A stretch of 64,000 bases of DNA from assembly GCA_015064885.1 (NCBI GenBank), contig SVRJ01000001.1:33945-97944 (forward strand). The letters are read 5' to 3'. A program made the translations under genes and the position numbers. Position 1 is the first letter of the stretch. The number at the start of each line of letters is the position of its first letter. The notes below the pieces were generated by a model that made no database searches, was not told the origin of the DNA, and saw nothing but the letters and a program-made list of their open reading frames with translations. Positions 9,230 through 20,498 of this stretch are shown here, piece after piece. Origin of the DNA: Oscillospiraceae bacterium. GTDB taxonomy: Bacteria; Bacillota; Clostridia; Oscillospirales; CAG-272.

Positions 9230-11488
9230 TTATACTTCCATATTGACTATCATATCCCTGAGACACGTATATCTCATTGAGTGTTGATTATTTTCAACCA
9301 TTCTTTCGGCGATTTTTTTGTCTCCCACGAGCACAACCATCCTTCGTGCCCTTGTGACTGCCGTATAAAAAAGATTGCGCGTGAGCAACATTTTCGGGGC
9401 GTTGGCAAGAGGCATGATTATAAACGGATATTCGCTGCCCTGACTTTTATGAACGGTTATTGCATATGCGAGAGAAAGGTCTTCAAGAAATGAGAAATCA
9501 TACTCGGTGCGCCTTTTGTCAAAAAGCACTGTCATATATCCGTCGGTAGGATTTATCTCCTCGATAATACCGACGTCTCCGTTGAAGATACCGCTTCCCT
9601 CCTCGTAGTCGTCCGAGGAATTCCACGCCATCTCGTAATTGTTTTTCATCTGCATTACTTTATCTCCCTCTCGGAAGACAGTCTCGTTCCAGACGTGCTC
9701 CTTTTTATCCGGAGACGGAGGATTGAGCATGCTTTGAAGAAGGACGTTAAGTCCGTCGGTTCCGCATATTCCCTTCCTTGTGGGTGTCAACACCTGAATA
9801 TCACTGAGAGGAGAAACCGAATACGCCTTAGGGAGCCTCGTCTTGCATAGTGAGGCTACCGTATTTGCTATTACGTTATCGTCCTGAGACTCAAGGAAAA
9901 AGAAGTCGCTGTCCTTTCTGTCGAGGACGGGAATATTACCTTTATTTATCTCATGGGCATTTGTGATTATAAGGCTTTCCTTCGCCTGCCTAAATATCTC
10001 GTCAAGACGTACAACGGGAAATTTTCCCGAATCTATTATATCGCCGAGTACGTTTCCTCCCCCTACACTCGGGAGCTGATCCGAATCTCCTATCATGACG
10101 AGTCTCGATCCGCTTTTCATGGCTGAAAGGAGCGAATTCATAAGCATGCAATCTATCATAGACGCCTCGTCGACGATTATTATATCTTCTTCAAGGGGAT
10201 TGCTGTGATTTCTGGCAAAGCCTCTGTCTTCACCGTCGTGATACTCCATCTCGAGAAGTCTGTGGATAGTGCTTGCCGCGTGTGAGGTGGATTCGGAAAG
10301 GCGCATAGACGCACGGCCGGTAGGCGCACACAGCGCTACCTTGTAGCCCATGCTCTCAAATATGCTGAGCAAAGCGCGAACTACGGTGGTCTTACCTGTA
10401 CCGGGACCGCCCGTCATTACTGTAAGTCCGTTTTCTATAGCGGCGTAAATAGCCTTCTTCTGTTTTGCGGCATACTCTATTCCCGAAAAAAGCTCCTGTC
10501 TTTGTATAAGGGCGTTTATCTCGGCGGTGTCGAAGGAAACCGGCCTGTATCTGCTTATTCTGAGAAGCCTTTTGGCTATATTTCTCTCAACCGAATATGC
10601 GGGCTTGGCATATATATACTTGACAGAGTCCGCCTCATACATCATAAGTATTCCGCTCGAAAGAAGAATACCTATATTGGCAAGGACCGAATCGTACTCA
10701 ACGCGCAGTGACTGTGAGGTCTCATTGCAAACAAGCTCGAGAGGCATACACATATGACCGTTTCCGTTAAGATTTCTGTCAAGGCAATACATGATTCCCG
10801 CTCTGACTCTCTCTCCTGAAAAAGGATCCACACCTATACTGACGGCAAGCTTATCCGCCTTTTCAAATCCGATGCCGTCTATCTCATCGCAAAGCACGTA
10901 CGGATTTTCACGTACCGTCTTTATCGAATCCTTACCAAAGCGCTTATAGATGCGCATTATAACGGTCATACCGAAAAAGTCACGGAAGAACATCATAGTA
11001 TCCCTCATGGATGACTTTTTCTTATATTCCTCGCCTATCTCACGCGCCTTGCGCTTACTTATACCGGGAATATCGGCAAGCCATTCGGGGTGATTTTCCA
11101 TCACGTCAAACGTGCTCTCACCGAACTTATCCACGATTTTTGCGGCACTCACAGGGCCTATTCCCTTTATAGCGCCTCCGGCAAGATATTTTTGTATATC
11201 CTCTATTCCTTTTGGGATAATTCTCTCATACTGCTCAACCTTAAACTGTTTCCCATACTTTGCGTTCATTACCCATCTTCCGTGAACACAAACACTGTCA
11301 CCCTCAGAGACAAGAGGCATATATCCCTCTATTGTATGATAATCACCGTTGGCAAGCTCAAGCTCGCATACGGCGTATGCGTTTTCATCGTTTTTGTATA
11401 TTACCTTATCGATTATTCCTTCAATTTTATCCGCCGATTGAGAACTCTTCTTTTCGGGGGTATTATCGTAAAAAAGCTTCAAAATCAA
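9230..11488 (-). CDS. recD2: RecD2-type SF1 ATP-dependent DNA helicase
   Basis: Walker A TGGPGTGKTT, DEASMID, and C-terminal AYAITVHKSQGSE...TAVTRA. The start is uncertain: TTG 11488 abuts GGGGGA, and TTG 11482 has better spacing. Confidence 0.85.
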   Translation of the reverse strand: MILKLFYDNTPEKKSSQSADKIEGIIDKVIYKNDENAYAVCELELANGDYHTIEGYMPLVSEGDSVCVHGRWVMNAKYGKQFKVEQYERIIPKGIEDIQKYLAGGAIKGIGPVSAAKIVDKFGESTFDVMENHPEWLADIPGISKRKAREIGEEYKKKSSMRDTMMFFRDFFGMTVIMRIYKRFGKDSIKTVRENPYVLCDEIDGIGFEKADKLAVSIGVDPFSGERVRAGIMYCLDRNLNGNGHMCMPLELVCNETSQSLRVEYDSVLANIGILLSSGILMMYEADSVKYIYAKPAYSVERNIAKRLLRISRYRPVSFDTAEINALIQRQELFSGIEYAAKQKKAIYAAIENGLTVMTGGPGTGKTTVVRALLSIFESMGYKVALCAPTGRASMRLSESTSHAASTIHRLLEMEYHDGEDRGFARNHSNPLEEDIIIVDEASMIDCMLMNSLLSAMKSGSRLVMIGDSDQLPSVGGGNVLGDIIDSGKFPVVRLDEIFRQAKESLIITNAHEINKGNIPVLDRKDSDFFFLESQDDNVIANTVASLCKTRLPKAYSVSPLSDIQVLTPTRKGICGTDGLNVLLQSMLNPPSPDKKEHVWNETVFREGDKVMQMKNNYEMAWNSSDDYEEGSGIFNGDVGIIEEINPTDGYMTVLFDKRRTEYDFSFLEDLSLAYAITVHKSQGSEYPFIIMPLANAPKMLLTRNLFYTAVTRARRMVVLVGDKKIAERMVENNQHSMRYTCLRDMIVNMEV

Positions 11489-11508
11489 TTCCCCCGTACT
11501 GTACGGAG

Positions 11509-11847
11509 CTACTCCTTTTCCTTAAATTTTTCATCCGAAAAGCGCAAGTAGAGTTCTACACGCTCGGATATCTCCTTCGGCATTTCTTTTGCGGCAAGCT
11601 CTGCCAAGGACTTGTCGTCAAAGAGAAGAGCATAATTTTCTTCCTTTGCAACGAGAGCCGATCTGTCTATCTCGTATACTATCGCACACATGTCACCGAT
11701 GCGTTCGGGAGAACTGATACTCACAGCACATCTCAGACTTGAGCGAGAAGTAAGATCGAGAGTAAGAAACTGAATGGCGCACCACAGTCCGAATACCGCC
11801 ATAGCGGCAATAAAAATATCAGAAATAATACCGATAACGTTCATCAC
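11509..11847 (-). CDS. Hypothetical small membrane-anchored protein
   Basis: One N-terminal TM helix (IGIISDIFIAAMAVFGLWCAIQF) and SD GAGGT upstream. No recognisable motif. Confidence 0.45.
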   Translation of the reverse strand: MMNVIGIISDIFIAAMAVFGLWCAIQFLTLDLTSRSSLRCAVSISSPERIGDMCAIVYEIDRSALVAKEENYALLFDDKSLAELAAKEMPKEISERVELYLRFSDEKFKEKE

Positions 11848-11922
11848 ATAATACCTCGCAAGATCACAGTATCTGTTCTTTTGCTGATATTATATGCCGA
11901 TCTTCATAATAGGTTAAACATT

Positions 11923-13107
11923 TCATGCAAGGAGCTCTGCCTTGAGAGCCTCTGCAATATCCGTCTTCTCCCATGCAACACCGAGATCCTCTCTTCCCAT
12001 ATGGCCGTATGCCGCAAGGTCGCAGTATATGGGCTTGCGAAGATCGAACTTTTCGATTATTGCAGCGGGGCGGAGGTCAACGAGCTTGTTTACCGCAGCC
12101 TCTATAGCCGATTCATCAACTACAGCGGTTCCGGACGTATCTATCATAACGGAAACAGGCTTTGCCACACCTATTGCGTATGCAACCTGGACCTCGCATT
12201 TCTTTGCAAGGCCTGCCGCTACTACGTTCTTTGCAATATATCTTGCCGCATAGGAAGCCGAACGGTCTACCTTTGTCGGGTCCTTACCCGAGAAAGCTCC
12301 TCCTCCGTGGCAGGCGTATCCGCCGTATGTATCGACTATTATCTTTCTTCCCGTAAGGCCGGTATCTCCTGCGGGTCCGCCTATAACGAATCTTCCTGTG
12401 GGGTTAACGTATATCTTGGTATTTTCATCAAGAAGCTCTGCGGGAACGACCGTCTTTATTACGTTATTTATAACGTCTTCTCTTATAGTCTCGGGAGACA
12501 CCTCGGGAGAGTGCTGGGATGATACAACGACCGTATCAACTCTTACCGGCTTATCGTCAACGTATTCTACGGTAACCTGAGTTTTTCCGTCCGGACGGAG
12601 ATAGGGCATGCATCCGCTCTTTCTTACCTCTGTAAGCTTCTTTGCCATTCTGTGAGCAAGAGAGATCGGAAGAGGCATAAGCTCGGGAGTCTCATCGCAA
12701 GCAAATCCGAACATAAGGCCCTGGTCGCCTGCACCTATATCGTAAGCGTCGCTTTCCTTGGCCTCGAGCGAGCGGTCAACACCGAGTGCGATATCGGGCG
12801 ACTGCTCGTGAATAGAGCTGATCACAGCGCAAGAATCGCAGTCAAAGCCGTACTTTGCTCTATCGTATCCTATGTTTCTGACAGTTTCTCTTACTATAGT
12901 CTGAAAGTCAACGTATGCATTTGTAGTGATCTCGCCCATTACCATAACAAGCCCCGTTGTAACCGTAGTCTCGCAGGCTACTCTTGACATAGGATCCTGT
13001 CTGAGAAGCTCGTCAAGGATGGCGTCTGATATTTTGTCACATATTTTATCGGGATGTCCCTCTGTAACAGATTCGGAAGTAAATAATTTTCTTTTGATCT
13101 CACTCAT
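11923..13107 (-). CDS. metK: S-adenosylmethionine synthetase
   Basis: [35 protein letters not shown] canonical motifs. Confidence 0.97.
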   Translation of the reverse strand: MSEIKRKLFTSESVTEGHPDKICDKISDAILDELLRQDPMSRVACETTVTTGLVMVMGEITTNAYVDFQTIVRETVRNIGYDRAKYGFDCDSCAVISSIHEQSPDIALGVDRSLEAKESDAYDIGAGDQGLMFGFACDETPELMPLPISLAHRMAKKLTEVRKSGCMPYLRPDGKTQVTVEYVDDKPVRVDTVVVSSQHSPEVSPETIREDVINNVIKTVVPAELLDENTKIYVNPTGRFVIGGPAGDTGLTGRKIIVDTYGGYACHGGGAFSGKDPTKVDRSASYAARYIAKNVVAAGLAKKCEVQVAYAIGVAKPVSVMIDTSGTAVVDESAIEAAVNKLVDLRPAAIIEKFDLRKPIYCDLAAYGHMGREDLGVAWEKTDIAEALKAELLA

Positions 13108-13144
13108 TTTTGTAATTCCTTTATAGTTATTTATATTTTTCTTT

Positions 13145-13266
13145 TAAAAAAGTCCCCTTTTTCGGAGGGGACTTAAAAATTCTCATCCTCCGGGATTAGC
13201 ACCTTACTTAATGCAGGTTGCCGTGGTTTCGGTAAGCCGGTCTCTCCGCCACTCTTGATAAGATTA
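13145..13266 (-). promoter_or_regulatory. SAM-I (S-box) riboswitch with intrinsic terminator, leader of metK
   Basis: The reverse strand reads CTTATCAAGAGTGGCGGAGAGACCGGCTTACCGAAACCACGGCAACC...GGTGCTAATCCCGGAGGATGAGAA, matching the S-box core. It is followed by AAGTCCCCTccgaaaaAGGGGACTTTTTT. Confidence 0.9.
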
Positions 13267-13308
13267 TTCTGATATATTGGGAATCGCGGCTTTATCACCG
13301 CATTCCTT

Positions 13309-14181
13309 TTACTGCTCTTCTTTTTCGGCTACGGATGCTTTGATATTATTGCATGCCACAGAGAAGAAGAAGGAGGCGACAGCACCGCAGACGATGCAAA
13401 CAGCGTATATGATAAGGTTTACGACAATCTTATCCGGATTTTCCGTAAGAGAGTTTATCGGGAAAAGCATAAGCGTTGTTGCTACAACAAATCCAAGTAC
13501 GCAGTGAGAAACCACCGAGTGGAATTTATCGAGAACGAATTTCATAGCTTTTGAAAGGAGAAGGAAGGTAGCTGCGATAGCAAGACCGAGCGGTATGATA
13601 ACGCTGAGGTCAAGGTGGGAAATTCCTCGCGACATCTCCTCATACAGACCGAAGAAAAGTATGAGAGTGGACGAGCTGAATCCGGGTACTATAAAGCTGA
13701 GCCCCCAAAGAAGTCCGCAAAGAAGCCAACTGACAAATCCGGGCTGAAGCACGATTCCCGCATCCTTAAGTACGTAGAAAACAATGGTTATCGCTACAAA
13801 GCTCAGAATGAGAGATATAACCGAAAATTTGCTTCTTCCGTGCTCGCCTGCTTCCTTCCAGATATCCGGGATCGTTCCTGCGATGAGTCCTATAAAAACG
13901 CAGAGAACTACCGCCTCGTTGAGTCCGAGGAGCCACTCGGTAACTCCCGCAAAGCCTACGAAACCGAGGCCTACTCCGAGAATTACGAATATCAGCATAA
14001 ACCAATTTTTCTTGAGTCCCTTTATAGGATTTGAAAGGACCTCGAGTATGGGATTGTATATACCGAAGGCATAACAAAGAGTTCCGCCGCTTACACCGGG
14101 AAGGATCGCGCCTATACCGACAATACAGCCCTGAACTATCCACAGAATGATCTGCAGTATACTGTTTTTCTTAGTCTTCAT
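13309..14181 (-). CDS. DUF368 family membrane protein (family recently linked to polyprenyl-phosphate translocation)
   Basis: ILPGVSGGTL near the N-terminus, repeated as VPGFSSSTL in the second half; ~8 TM helices. Confidence 0.8.
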   Translation of the reverse strand: MKTKKNSILQIILWIVQGCIVGIGAILPGVSGGTLCYAFGIYNPILEVLSNPIKGLKKNWFMLIFVILGVGLGFVGFAGVTEWLLGLNEAVVLCVFIGLIAGTIPDIWKEAGEHGRSKFSVISLILSFVAITIVFYVLKDAGIVLQPGFVSWLLCGLLWGLSFIVPGFSSSTLILFFGLYEEMSRGISHLDLSVIIPLGLAIAATFLLLSKAMKFVLDKFHSVVSHCVLGFVVATTLMLFPINSLTENPDKIVVNLIIYAVCIVCGAVASFFFSVACNNIKASVAEKEEQ

Positions 14182-14307
14182 TTTTAAAAATTCCTTAACG
14201 TAAAGTTATTATATTGATACCGTATTATTATACCTCAAATATGCTATGCAAGTCAACAACGATAATAACGTGATATTGTAAATTTTCTATGATGGGCAAG
14301 TCGCGCA

Positions 14308-15549
14308 TCATTCAAGCTCACACTCGGCACATCTTACCACGAGATTTCTTCCGTAAGGATAGCCTGTACAATGAACTCTGAGAGTATCTCCGTTCTGCTC
14401 AAAGCTCAGCTCTTCACCGTTGTCAGTCCACTTGATGCTCTTGATCCTTTCGGTTATACCCGTATACGCTCTCCATCCGGTAACTCCGTCGTCGTCGGTA
14501 ACGTTGGCTATACCGGTGACCGCAAGTCCGTGAACGTATATATTTATTTTTTCATCAGATCTCAGCGCAAAGTCCTTAGCATTATCGGCACACGTAACGC
14601 CAAACGGTCTTCCCTTGTATATTCCGTCTCCGGTGTAGGAGATCCATTCCCCGATCTTCGAAAGAAGCGCGGTCTGAAGGGTATCGAGACTTCCGTCGCC
14701 GAGAGGTCCTACATTCAAAAGGTAGTTAACTCCGAATCTTCTGCAATAGCAGAGAGTCTCTATGAGCTCAGGGAGGGATTTCGTCATAAAATCCGAGTTT
14801 CCGCATCCCCAGTGGAGATTCATAGTCTGACACATCTCTGCGGCAAGATATTTCGGTGCTCCGTCAAGATTTCTTGCGCTCGGTCTTCCTTGCTCGAACG
14901 TAACGCTGTCTATCTCGGGATTACCCGTGCTTCCGCGTGCAGTGAGTCCGGTGTTATTTATTATCATCGCCTCGGGCTGATACTTTCTTATAAGAGCGTA
15001 GAGCTTATCTTCTTCCCAGTCAACGTCCTTGCGCGACCAGTTACCATCAAACCAAAGACCGCCTATCTTCCCGTACTCTGTGCAAACTATTTTCACCGAT
15101 TCACGCAGATACTCGAGATATTTCGGAAAATCTCCGTAAAAATCATCACGGTCCCAGTCAAGAGTGGTATGATAAAAGAACGGTACTATACCCTCTTCGT
15201 TACACGCATCGACAAACTCGCGAATGATATCCTTTCCGTACGGGGAATGAGGAGCATCGTAAGTATTGAGTCCTTTCGTATCGTAGAGAGAGAATCCGTC
15301 ATGGTGACGTGAGGTAAGGACCATATACTTCATTCCCGCGCCTTTAGCGGTGCGAACCCATTCGCGTGCGTTAAATTTTTCAAGAGAAAATCTGTCGACA
15401 AGCTTTCTGTATTCCTCCTTGTCTATCTTTTCTCTGTTCATTACCCACTCACCTTTTCCAAGGAGCGAATAGAGACCGAAGTGGATAAACATACCGAATC
15501 CGAGAGATTCAAAATCAGAGATCCTTTTGAGAGGTGTAGGGATACTCAT
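14308..15549 (-). CDS. Alpha-L-fucosidase, GH29; no signal peptide, so predicted cytoplasmic
   Basis: FGMFIHFGLYSLLGKGEWVM and YMVLTSRHHDGFSLYDT are typical GH29 blocks. Confidence 0.85.
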   Translation of the reverse strand: MSIPTPLKRISDFESLGFGMFIHFGLYSLLGKGEWVMNREKIDKEEYRKLVDRFSLEKFNAREWVRTAKGAGMKYMVLTSRHHDGFSLYDTKGLNTYDAPHSPYGKDIIREFVDACNEEGIVPFFYHTTLDWDRDDFYGDFPKYLEYLRESVKIVCTEYGKIGGLWFDGNWSRKDVDWEEDKLYALIRKYQPEAMIINNTGLTARGSTGNPEIDSVTFEQGRPSARNLDGAPKYLAAEMCQTMNLHWGCGNSDFMTKSLPELIETLCYCRRFGVNYLLNVGPLGDGSLDTLQTALLSKIGEWISYTGDGIYKGRPFGVTCADNAKDFALRSDEKINIYVHGLAVTGIANVTDDDGVTGWRAYTGITERIKSIKWTDNGEELSFEQNGDTLRVHCTGYPYGRNLVVRCAECELE

Positions 15550-15585
15550 AAAAATTCTCCTTTTCTTTTCATTCGCAAAATATTA

Positions 15586-16215
15586 TCAAACTCTTTTTCC
15601 GTGAAGAAGACCCGACAGTCTCTTATAGATTATAAACGTAAGCAAAACGTCGATGGCTCCCTTAAGGAATGTAAACGGAACGTTAAAGAGAGCAAGACAT
15701 GCAAACAGACCGTTCACACCGGGGTATATAGCCTGATATGCACCGACGATCATATTAAGTTCAAAGCCCATAACCGTCATATATGTAGGGTACATAACGT
15801 AATAGTTTATGGGAAGGCTCAGCACGGCCATCGAAAGAGCTCCAACCGCACTTCCGATAAGTGCGAATTTTCTGTTCTTTCCGTATTTATAGAGCATGCC
15901 CGCGGGAACGACGAAGGCGCATCCGAGAACAAAGTTTGAGAATTCTCCGACTCCTCCCGTCGTTGAGAAAAAGGCATTTATAATGTTTTTGATAAGGCAT
16001 ACCATAACACCCTCGACCGGTCCGAATGCGAACGAGGCCAAAAGTGCGGGCAGCTCTGAAATATCAAGCTTAATAAAAGCCGGCATAAAGGGTACGCTGA
16101 AGGAAAGCATCATAAGCACGGTGGATACTCCCGCGAGTATTCCCGTAACGGTTATCCGTCTTATCATATAGCGTCTTTGGGCGGCAGTTGTTTTATGTTG
16201 GTTATTGTTATTCAT
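15586..16215 (-). CDS. ribU: ECF transporter S component, riboflavin-specific (RibU)
   Basis: FIKLDISELPALLASFAFGPVEG block, 6 TM helices, and an FMN riboswitch directly upstream. Confidence 0.8.
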   Translation of the reverse strand: MNNNNQHKTTAAQRRYMIRRITVTGILAGVSTVLMMLSFSVPFMPAFIKLDISELPALLASFAFGPVEGVMVCLIKNIINAFFSTTGGVGEFSNFVLGCAFVVPAGMLYKYGKNRKFALIGSAVGALSMAVLSLPINYYVMYPTYMTVMGFELNMIVGAYQAIYPGVNGLFACLALFNVPFTFLKGAIDVLLTFIIYKRLSGLLHGKRV

Positions 16216-16253
16216 AGTAAGTACTCCTCAAATTATCTTAAAATATCGGGAGA

Positions 16254-16425
16254 CAAAAAAAGCCCGACAAAAGCCGGGGAATAAATACAGTACGCCTGTA
16301 CGCACGAATATTCATCTTTTTTCATCCGGACTCTACCGTCGGCGCAGTAATTTCAACTGCTCGGCACCTATCGGTGTTCGTGGGCTGTACCACCGGTATG
16401 GAATTTCACCAATCCCCAAAGATTT
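16254..16425 (-). promoter_or_regulatory. FMN riboswitch (RFN element) plus terminator
   Basis: The reverse strand reads GGGGATTGGTGAAATTCCATACCGGTGGTACAGCCCACGA...GCCGACGGTAGAGTCCGGATGAAAAAAGAT, then CCCGGCttttGTCGGGCTTTTTTT. Confidence 0.88.
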
Positions 16426-16432
16426 GTTACAC

Positions 16433-16459
16433 GGGCATCGGGAGCAAGTCCCGATGCCC
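16433..16459 (-). terminator. GC-rich hairpin 3' of tuf, lacking a U-tract (weak terminator or stabiliser)
   Basis: GGGCATCGGGActtgcTCCCGATGCCC is followed by GUGUAACAAAUC, which is not U-rich. Confidence 0.45.
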
Positions 16460-16493
16460 ATATATAGTTGTAAGCAATAAACTATACAGTTAA

Positions 16494-17699
16494 TTACTCG
16501 ATGATCTGGCTAACAACGCCGGAACCAACTGTTCTACCACCCTCACGGATAGCGAAACGGAGACCCATTTCACAAGCGATAGGAGTGATGAGTTCAACAG
16601 TCATATCAACGTTATCACCGGGGCGGCACATTTCAACGCCTTCGGGAAGGTTGATAACACCTGTAACGTCGGTTGTTCTGAAGTAGAACTGGGGTCTGTA
16701 ACCGGAAAGGAAGGGCTTCTTACGTCCGCCTTCTTTTTCTGTAAGGCAGTAAACCTGACCTACAAACTTTGTGTGAGGCTGAACGGAGCCGGGCTTACAA
16801 AGAACCTGACCTCTTTCGATCTCGTCCTTAGCGATACCACGGAGAAGGGCACCGATGTTGTCACCTGCTTCAGCCTGGGGAAGAAGCTTGTGGAACATTT
16901 CAACACCTGTAACTGTTGTAGACTTCTTTTCGTCCGAGAGACCAACAACTTCTACAACGTCGCCAACCTTAACTGTACCACGCTCAACTCTACCTGTAGC
17001 AACTGTACCACGACCGGAGATCGAGAATACGTCCTCAACGGGCATAAGGAATGCGAGGTCAGACTGACGATCAGGAGTAGGAATATACTCGTCAACTGCA
17101 TCCATGAGCTCAAGGATAGGAGCGTACTCGGGAGCAGAAGGATCTTTGCTATCGGACTGGAGAGCGTCACGAGCAGAACCGCGAATTACGGGGATATCGT
17201 CGCCGGGGAACTCGTAAGAAGAGAGGAGCTCACGGATTTCCATTTCAACGAGCTCGAGGAGTTCTTCGTCATCAACGAGGTCAGTCTTGTTCATGAATAC
17301 AACGATTGCAGGAACGCCAACCTGACGAGCGAGAAGAACGTGCTCTCTTGTCTGCTGAAGAGGTCCGTCTGTAGCAGCAACAACGAGGATAGCACCGTCC
17401 ATCTGAGCAGCACCTGTGATCATGTTCTTAACATAGTCAGCGTGGCCCGGGCAGTCAACGTGAGCGTAGTGACGTGTAGCTGTCTCGTACTCAACGTGTC
17501 TTGTGTTGATTGTGATACCTCTTGCCTTTTCTTCGGGAGCGTTGTCGATCTGGTCGTATGCCATAGCTTCAACATTGACGTTGCCGAGAGAAAGTGTCTT
17601 TGTAATAGCAGCTGTAAGAGTTGTCTTACCGTGGTCAACGTGACCAATAGTACCAATGTTAACGTGGGGCTTTGTTCTTTCAAATGTAGCCTTTGCCAT
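16494..17699 (-). CDS. tuf: Elongation factor Tu
   Basis: [33 protein letters not shown]..., [12 protein letters not shown]. Confidence 0.98.
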   Translation of the reverse strand: MAKATFERTKPHVNIGTIGHVDHGKTTLTAAITKTLSLGNVNVEAMAYDQIDNAPEEKARGITINTRHVEYETATRHYAHVDCPGHADYVKNMITGAAQMDGAILVVAATDGPLQQTREHVLLARQVGVPAIVVFMNKTDLVDDEELLELVEMEIRELLSSYEFPGDDIPVIRGSARDALQSDSKDPSAPEYAPILELMDAVDEYIPTPDRQSDLAFLMPVEDVFSISGRGTVATGRVERGTVKVGDVVEVVGLSDEKKSTTVTGVEMFHKLLPQAEAGDNIGALLRGIAKDEIERGQVLCKPGSVQPHTKFVGQVYCLTEKEGGRKKPFLSGYRPQFYFRTTDVTGVINLPEGVEMCRPGDNVDMTVELITPIACEMGLRFAIREGGRTVGSGVVSQIIE

Positions 17700-17756
17700 T
17701 GTAAAATTCCTCCTGAAATTTTATAATTTAAAATAATTTTTAATAAGTTTTTAAAG

Positions 17757-19844
17757 TCAAGCTTCCTGCTTGCCGCGGGCCTTTATAATGCCCTCCTGGA
17801 TAGACTTCGGCACCTCAGCGAAGTGGCTGGGTTCCATAGAATAGAGACCTCTTCCCTGTGTCTTCGAACGAAGGTCGGTTGCATAACCGAACATGCTGGA
17901 AAGGGGAACCATTGCTGTGATCTCCTGCGCGCCGCCGGCCTGTGCTTCCATAGACTGGATCTGTCCGCGTCTGGAGTTGATGTCACCGATAACGTCTCCC
18001 ATGTAATCATCGGGAACGATAACGACGACCTTCATGATAGGTTCTGTGAGAACGGGGTCAGCCTTTTTCATAGCTTCCTTGAACGCCATAGAACCTGCAA
18101 TCTTGAACGCCATTTCCGAAGAGTCGACTTCGTGGTAAGAACCGTCATAAAGTGTAACCTTTACGTCAACAACGTTATATCCTGCAAGTACACCGCTCTG
18201 CATTGCACCCTGGATACCTGCATCAACAGGAGCGATATATTCCTTGGGAATAGCACCACCTGTTACGCTGTTAACGAATTCATATCCTGCACCGGGCTCA
18301 TTGGGTTCGATCTTGATTTTTACGTGACCGTACTGACCCTTACCACCCGACTGACGTGCGTACTTTGTTTCCTGATCCACAGCCTTGCGGATAGTTTCCT
18401 TGTATGCAACGTGGGGGCTACCGATATTAGCCTCTACCTTGAACTCACGGAGAAGTCTGTCTACGATGATCTCGAGGTGAAGCTCACCCATTCCGGCAAT
18501 AATTGTTTGACCTGTGTCGTCATCAGTATAGGTACGGAAGGTCGGGTCTTCTTCTGCAAGCTTTGCAAGAGCTATACCCATCTTTTCCTGACCTGCACGA
18601 GTCTTAGGCTCGATAGCAACTCTGATAACGGGTTCCGGGAATTCCATGGATTCAAGAATAACAGCATTCTTTTCATCACAGAAGGTTTCACCGGTGGTTG
18701 TGTTTTTAACACCAACTACGGCAACGATATCTCCGCTGTAAGCGGTTGTAATATCCTTACGTTCGTTAGCATGCATCTGAAGCATACGTCCGATACGCTC
18801 TCTCTGACGCTTAACGGGGTTGTAGACAGTTGTACCTGCCTCAAGCTTACCACTGTATACGCGGAGGAAGCAGAGCTTACCAACGTACGGGTCAGTCATG
18901 ATCTTAAATGCGAGTGCGGAGAACGGCTCGTCGTCGGACGAGGGTCTCTCAATTTCTTCGCCGCTTTCGGGATCAACACCCTTGATAGCGGGAACGTCGA
19001 TCGGAGCAGGCATATAATCAACTACAGCGTCGAGAAGCTTCTGAACACCCTTGTTTTTGAAGGATGTACCGCATACGACGGGAACTATCATGTTGGAGAT
19101 AGTTGCTTTTCTTATAGCCGACTTGATCTCTTCTACAGTGAACTCTTCCTCGCAGAGGAACTTCTCGAGAAGCTCTTCGTCTGTTTCAGCAACAGCTTCG
19201 ATGAGAGCACTGCGGTATTCTTGTGCCATTTCCAGCATATCTTCCGGAATAGGCTCAACTCTCATATCCTTACCGAGGTCGTCATAGTAAATATCGGCTT
19301 CCATATTAACGAGGTCGATAATTCCTCTGAACTTGTCCTCAGCACCGATCGGGAGCTGTATCGGGACGGGATTTGCATGGAGTCTGTCCTTCATCATGTC
19401 AATAACACGGAAGAAGTTAGCTCCCATGATATCCATCTTATTTACATAAGCCATTCTCGGTACACCGTACTTATTAGCCTGTCTCCATACTGTCTCGGAC
19501 TGGGGTTCAACACCGCCCTTTGCGCAGAAAACTGTTACAGAACCGTCAAGTACACGAAGAGAACGCTCTACTTCAACGGTAAAGTCAACGTGACCGGGGG
19601 TATCGATGATGTTGATACGGTGGTCCTTCCAGAAGCAAGTTGTAGCAGCGGAGGTAATCGTGATACCTCTTTCCTGCTCCTGCTCCATCCAGTCCATCGT
19701 AGCCTGTCCGTCATGCGACTCACCGAGTCTGTGGATCTTACCTGTATAATAAAGGATTCTTTCGGTTGTGGTGGTCTTACCGGCATCTATGTGAGCCATG
19801 ATACCGATATTACGAGTACGCTCAAGTGAATATTCTCTTGGCAT
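17757..19844 (-). CDS. fusA: Elongation factor G
   Basis: [37 protein letters not shown]. Confidence 0.98.
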   Translation of the reverse strand: MPREYSLERTRNIGIMAHIDAGKTTTTERILYYTGKIHRLGESHDGQATMDWMEQEQERGITITSAATTCFWKDHRINIIDTPGHVDFTVEVERSLRVLDGSVTVFCAKGGVEPQSETVWRQANKYGVPRMAYVNKMDIMGANFFRVIDMMKDRLHANPVPIQLPIGAEDKFRGIIDLVNMEADIYYDDLGKDMRVEPIPEDMLEMAQEYRSALIEAVAETDEELLEKFLCEEEFTVEEIKSAIRKATISNMIVPVVCGTSFKNKGVQKLLDAVVDYMPAPIDVPAIKGVDPESGEEIERPSSDDEPFSALAFKIMTDPYVGKLCFLRVYSGKLEAGTTVYNPVKRQRERIGRMLQMHANERKDITTAYSGDIVAVVGVKNTTTGETFCDEKNAVILESMEFPEPVIRVAIEPKTRAGQEKMGIALAKLAEEDPTFRTYTDDDTGQTIIAGMGELHLEIIVDRLLREFKVEANIGSPHVAYKETIRKAVDQETKYARQSGGKGQYGHVKIKIEPNEPGAGYEFVNSVTGGAIPKEYIAPVDAGIQGAMQSGVLAGYNVVDVKVTLYDGSYHEVDSSEMAFKIAGSMAFKEAMKKADPVLTEPIMKVVVIVPDDYMGDVIGDINSRRGQIQSMEAQAGGAQEITAMVPLSSMFGYATDLRSKTQGRGLYSMEPSHFAEVPKSIQEGIIKARGKQEA

Positions 19845-19879
19845 ATAAGTCTCCTTTGTTTAGTAACTCTCTGAAAAAA

Positions 19880-20350
19880 TTAATATTTGTAGTGTGCAAA
19901 CGCCTTGTTTGCTTCAGCCATACGATGGGTTTCTTCCTTCTTCTTGAATGCTCCACCGGCACTGTTCTTTGCATCAAGTATCTCTGCTGCAAGTCTGTCT
20001 GCCATGGTGTGTTCGCTACGCTTTCTAGCGAACAGTATGAGCCAACGAAGACCCAAAGTCTGACGACGCTCTGCTCTTACATCCATAGGAACCTGGTAAG
20101 TGGAACCACCTACACGGCGAGCCTTTACTTCAAGTGAAGGCATGATGTTCTCAAGAGCAGCCTTAAATACGTCGAGCGGGTTCTCACCTGTCTTCGCCTC
20201 GATGCTTGCAAATGCATCGTAAACGATCTTCTGTGCTACACCCTTCTTACCGTCAAGCATTACATTGTTAACAAGCTTTGTTACAAGCTTAGAGTTGTAA
20301 AGCGGATCCGGCAATACGTCTCTTTTGGATATACGACCTCTTCTGGGCAC
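19880..20350 (-). CDS. rpsG: 30S ribosomal protein S7
   Basis: [20 protein letters not shown].... The track ATG at 20368 lies inside the SD (ATGAAGGAGGGAAGTACAGTG). GTG 20350 gives a canonical 156-aa S7. Confidence 0.95.
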   Translation of the reverse strand: MPRRGRISKRDVLPDPLYNSKLVTKLVNNVMLDGKKGVAQKIVYDAFASIEAKTGENPLDVFKAALENIMPSLEVKARRVGGSTYQVPMDVRAERRQTLGLRWLILFARKRSEHTMADRLAAEILDAKNSAGGAFKKKEETHRMAEANKAFAHYKY

Positions 20351-20498
20351 TGTACTTCCCTCCTTCATTAATAATAGATGAAATCATAGGTACTCGAAAG
20401 CATACTTCCGTAAGCGCGCGTCAGTCACGATATAAACTCAAATAAAGTTATATTATTAAAGACGGGCTTTTTCAATGCTTTAAACCTATTGAGCCGAA

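Noticed and set aside
17823-19829. 668-aa plus-strand ORF antisense to fusA. Similar cases are 16773-17726 opposite tuf, 21197-22507 and 22907-24409 opposite rpoC, and 26165-28465 (766 aa) opposite rpoB.
   Set aside because: These are mirror ORFs created by strong codon bias in highly expressed genes, which leaves few stop-complementary codons. Their translations are low-complexity (Cys/Val/Leu/Ser/Asn-rich), they lack SDs, and the opposite strand encodes unmistakable conserved proteins.
20351-20368. ATG-initiated 162-aa version of rpsG, and similar N-terminally extended track ORFs for the genes ending at 8463, 40742, 59831, 61680, 63699 and 29033.
   Set aside because: In each case the upstream 'start' lies inside or before the Shine-Dalgarno sequence. 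A downstream ATG or GTG with 5-9 nt spacing gives a protein matching the conserved family N-terminus.
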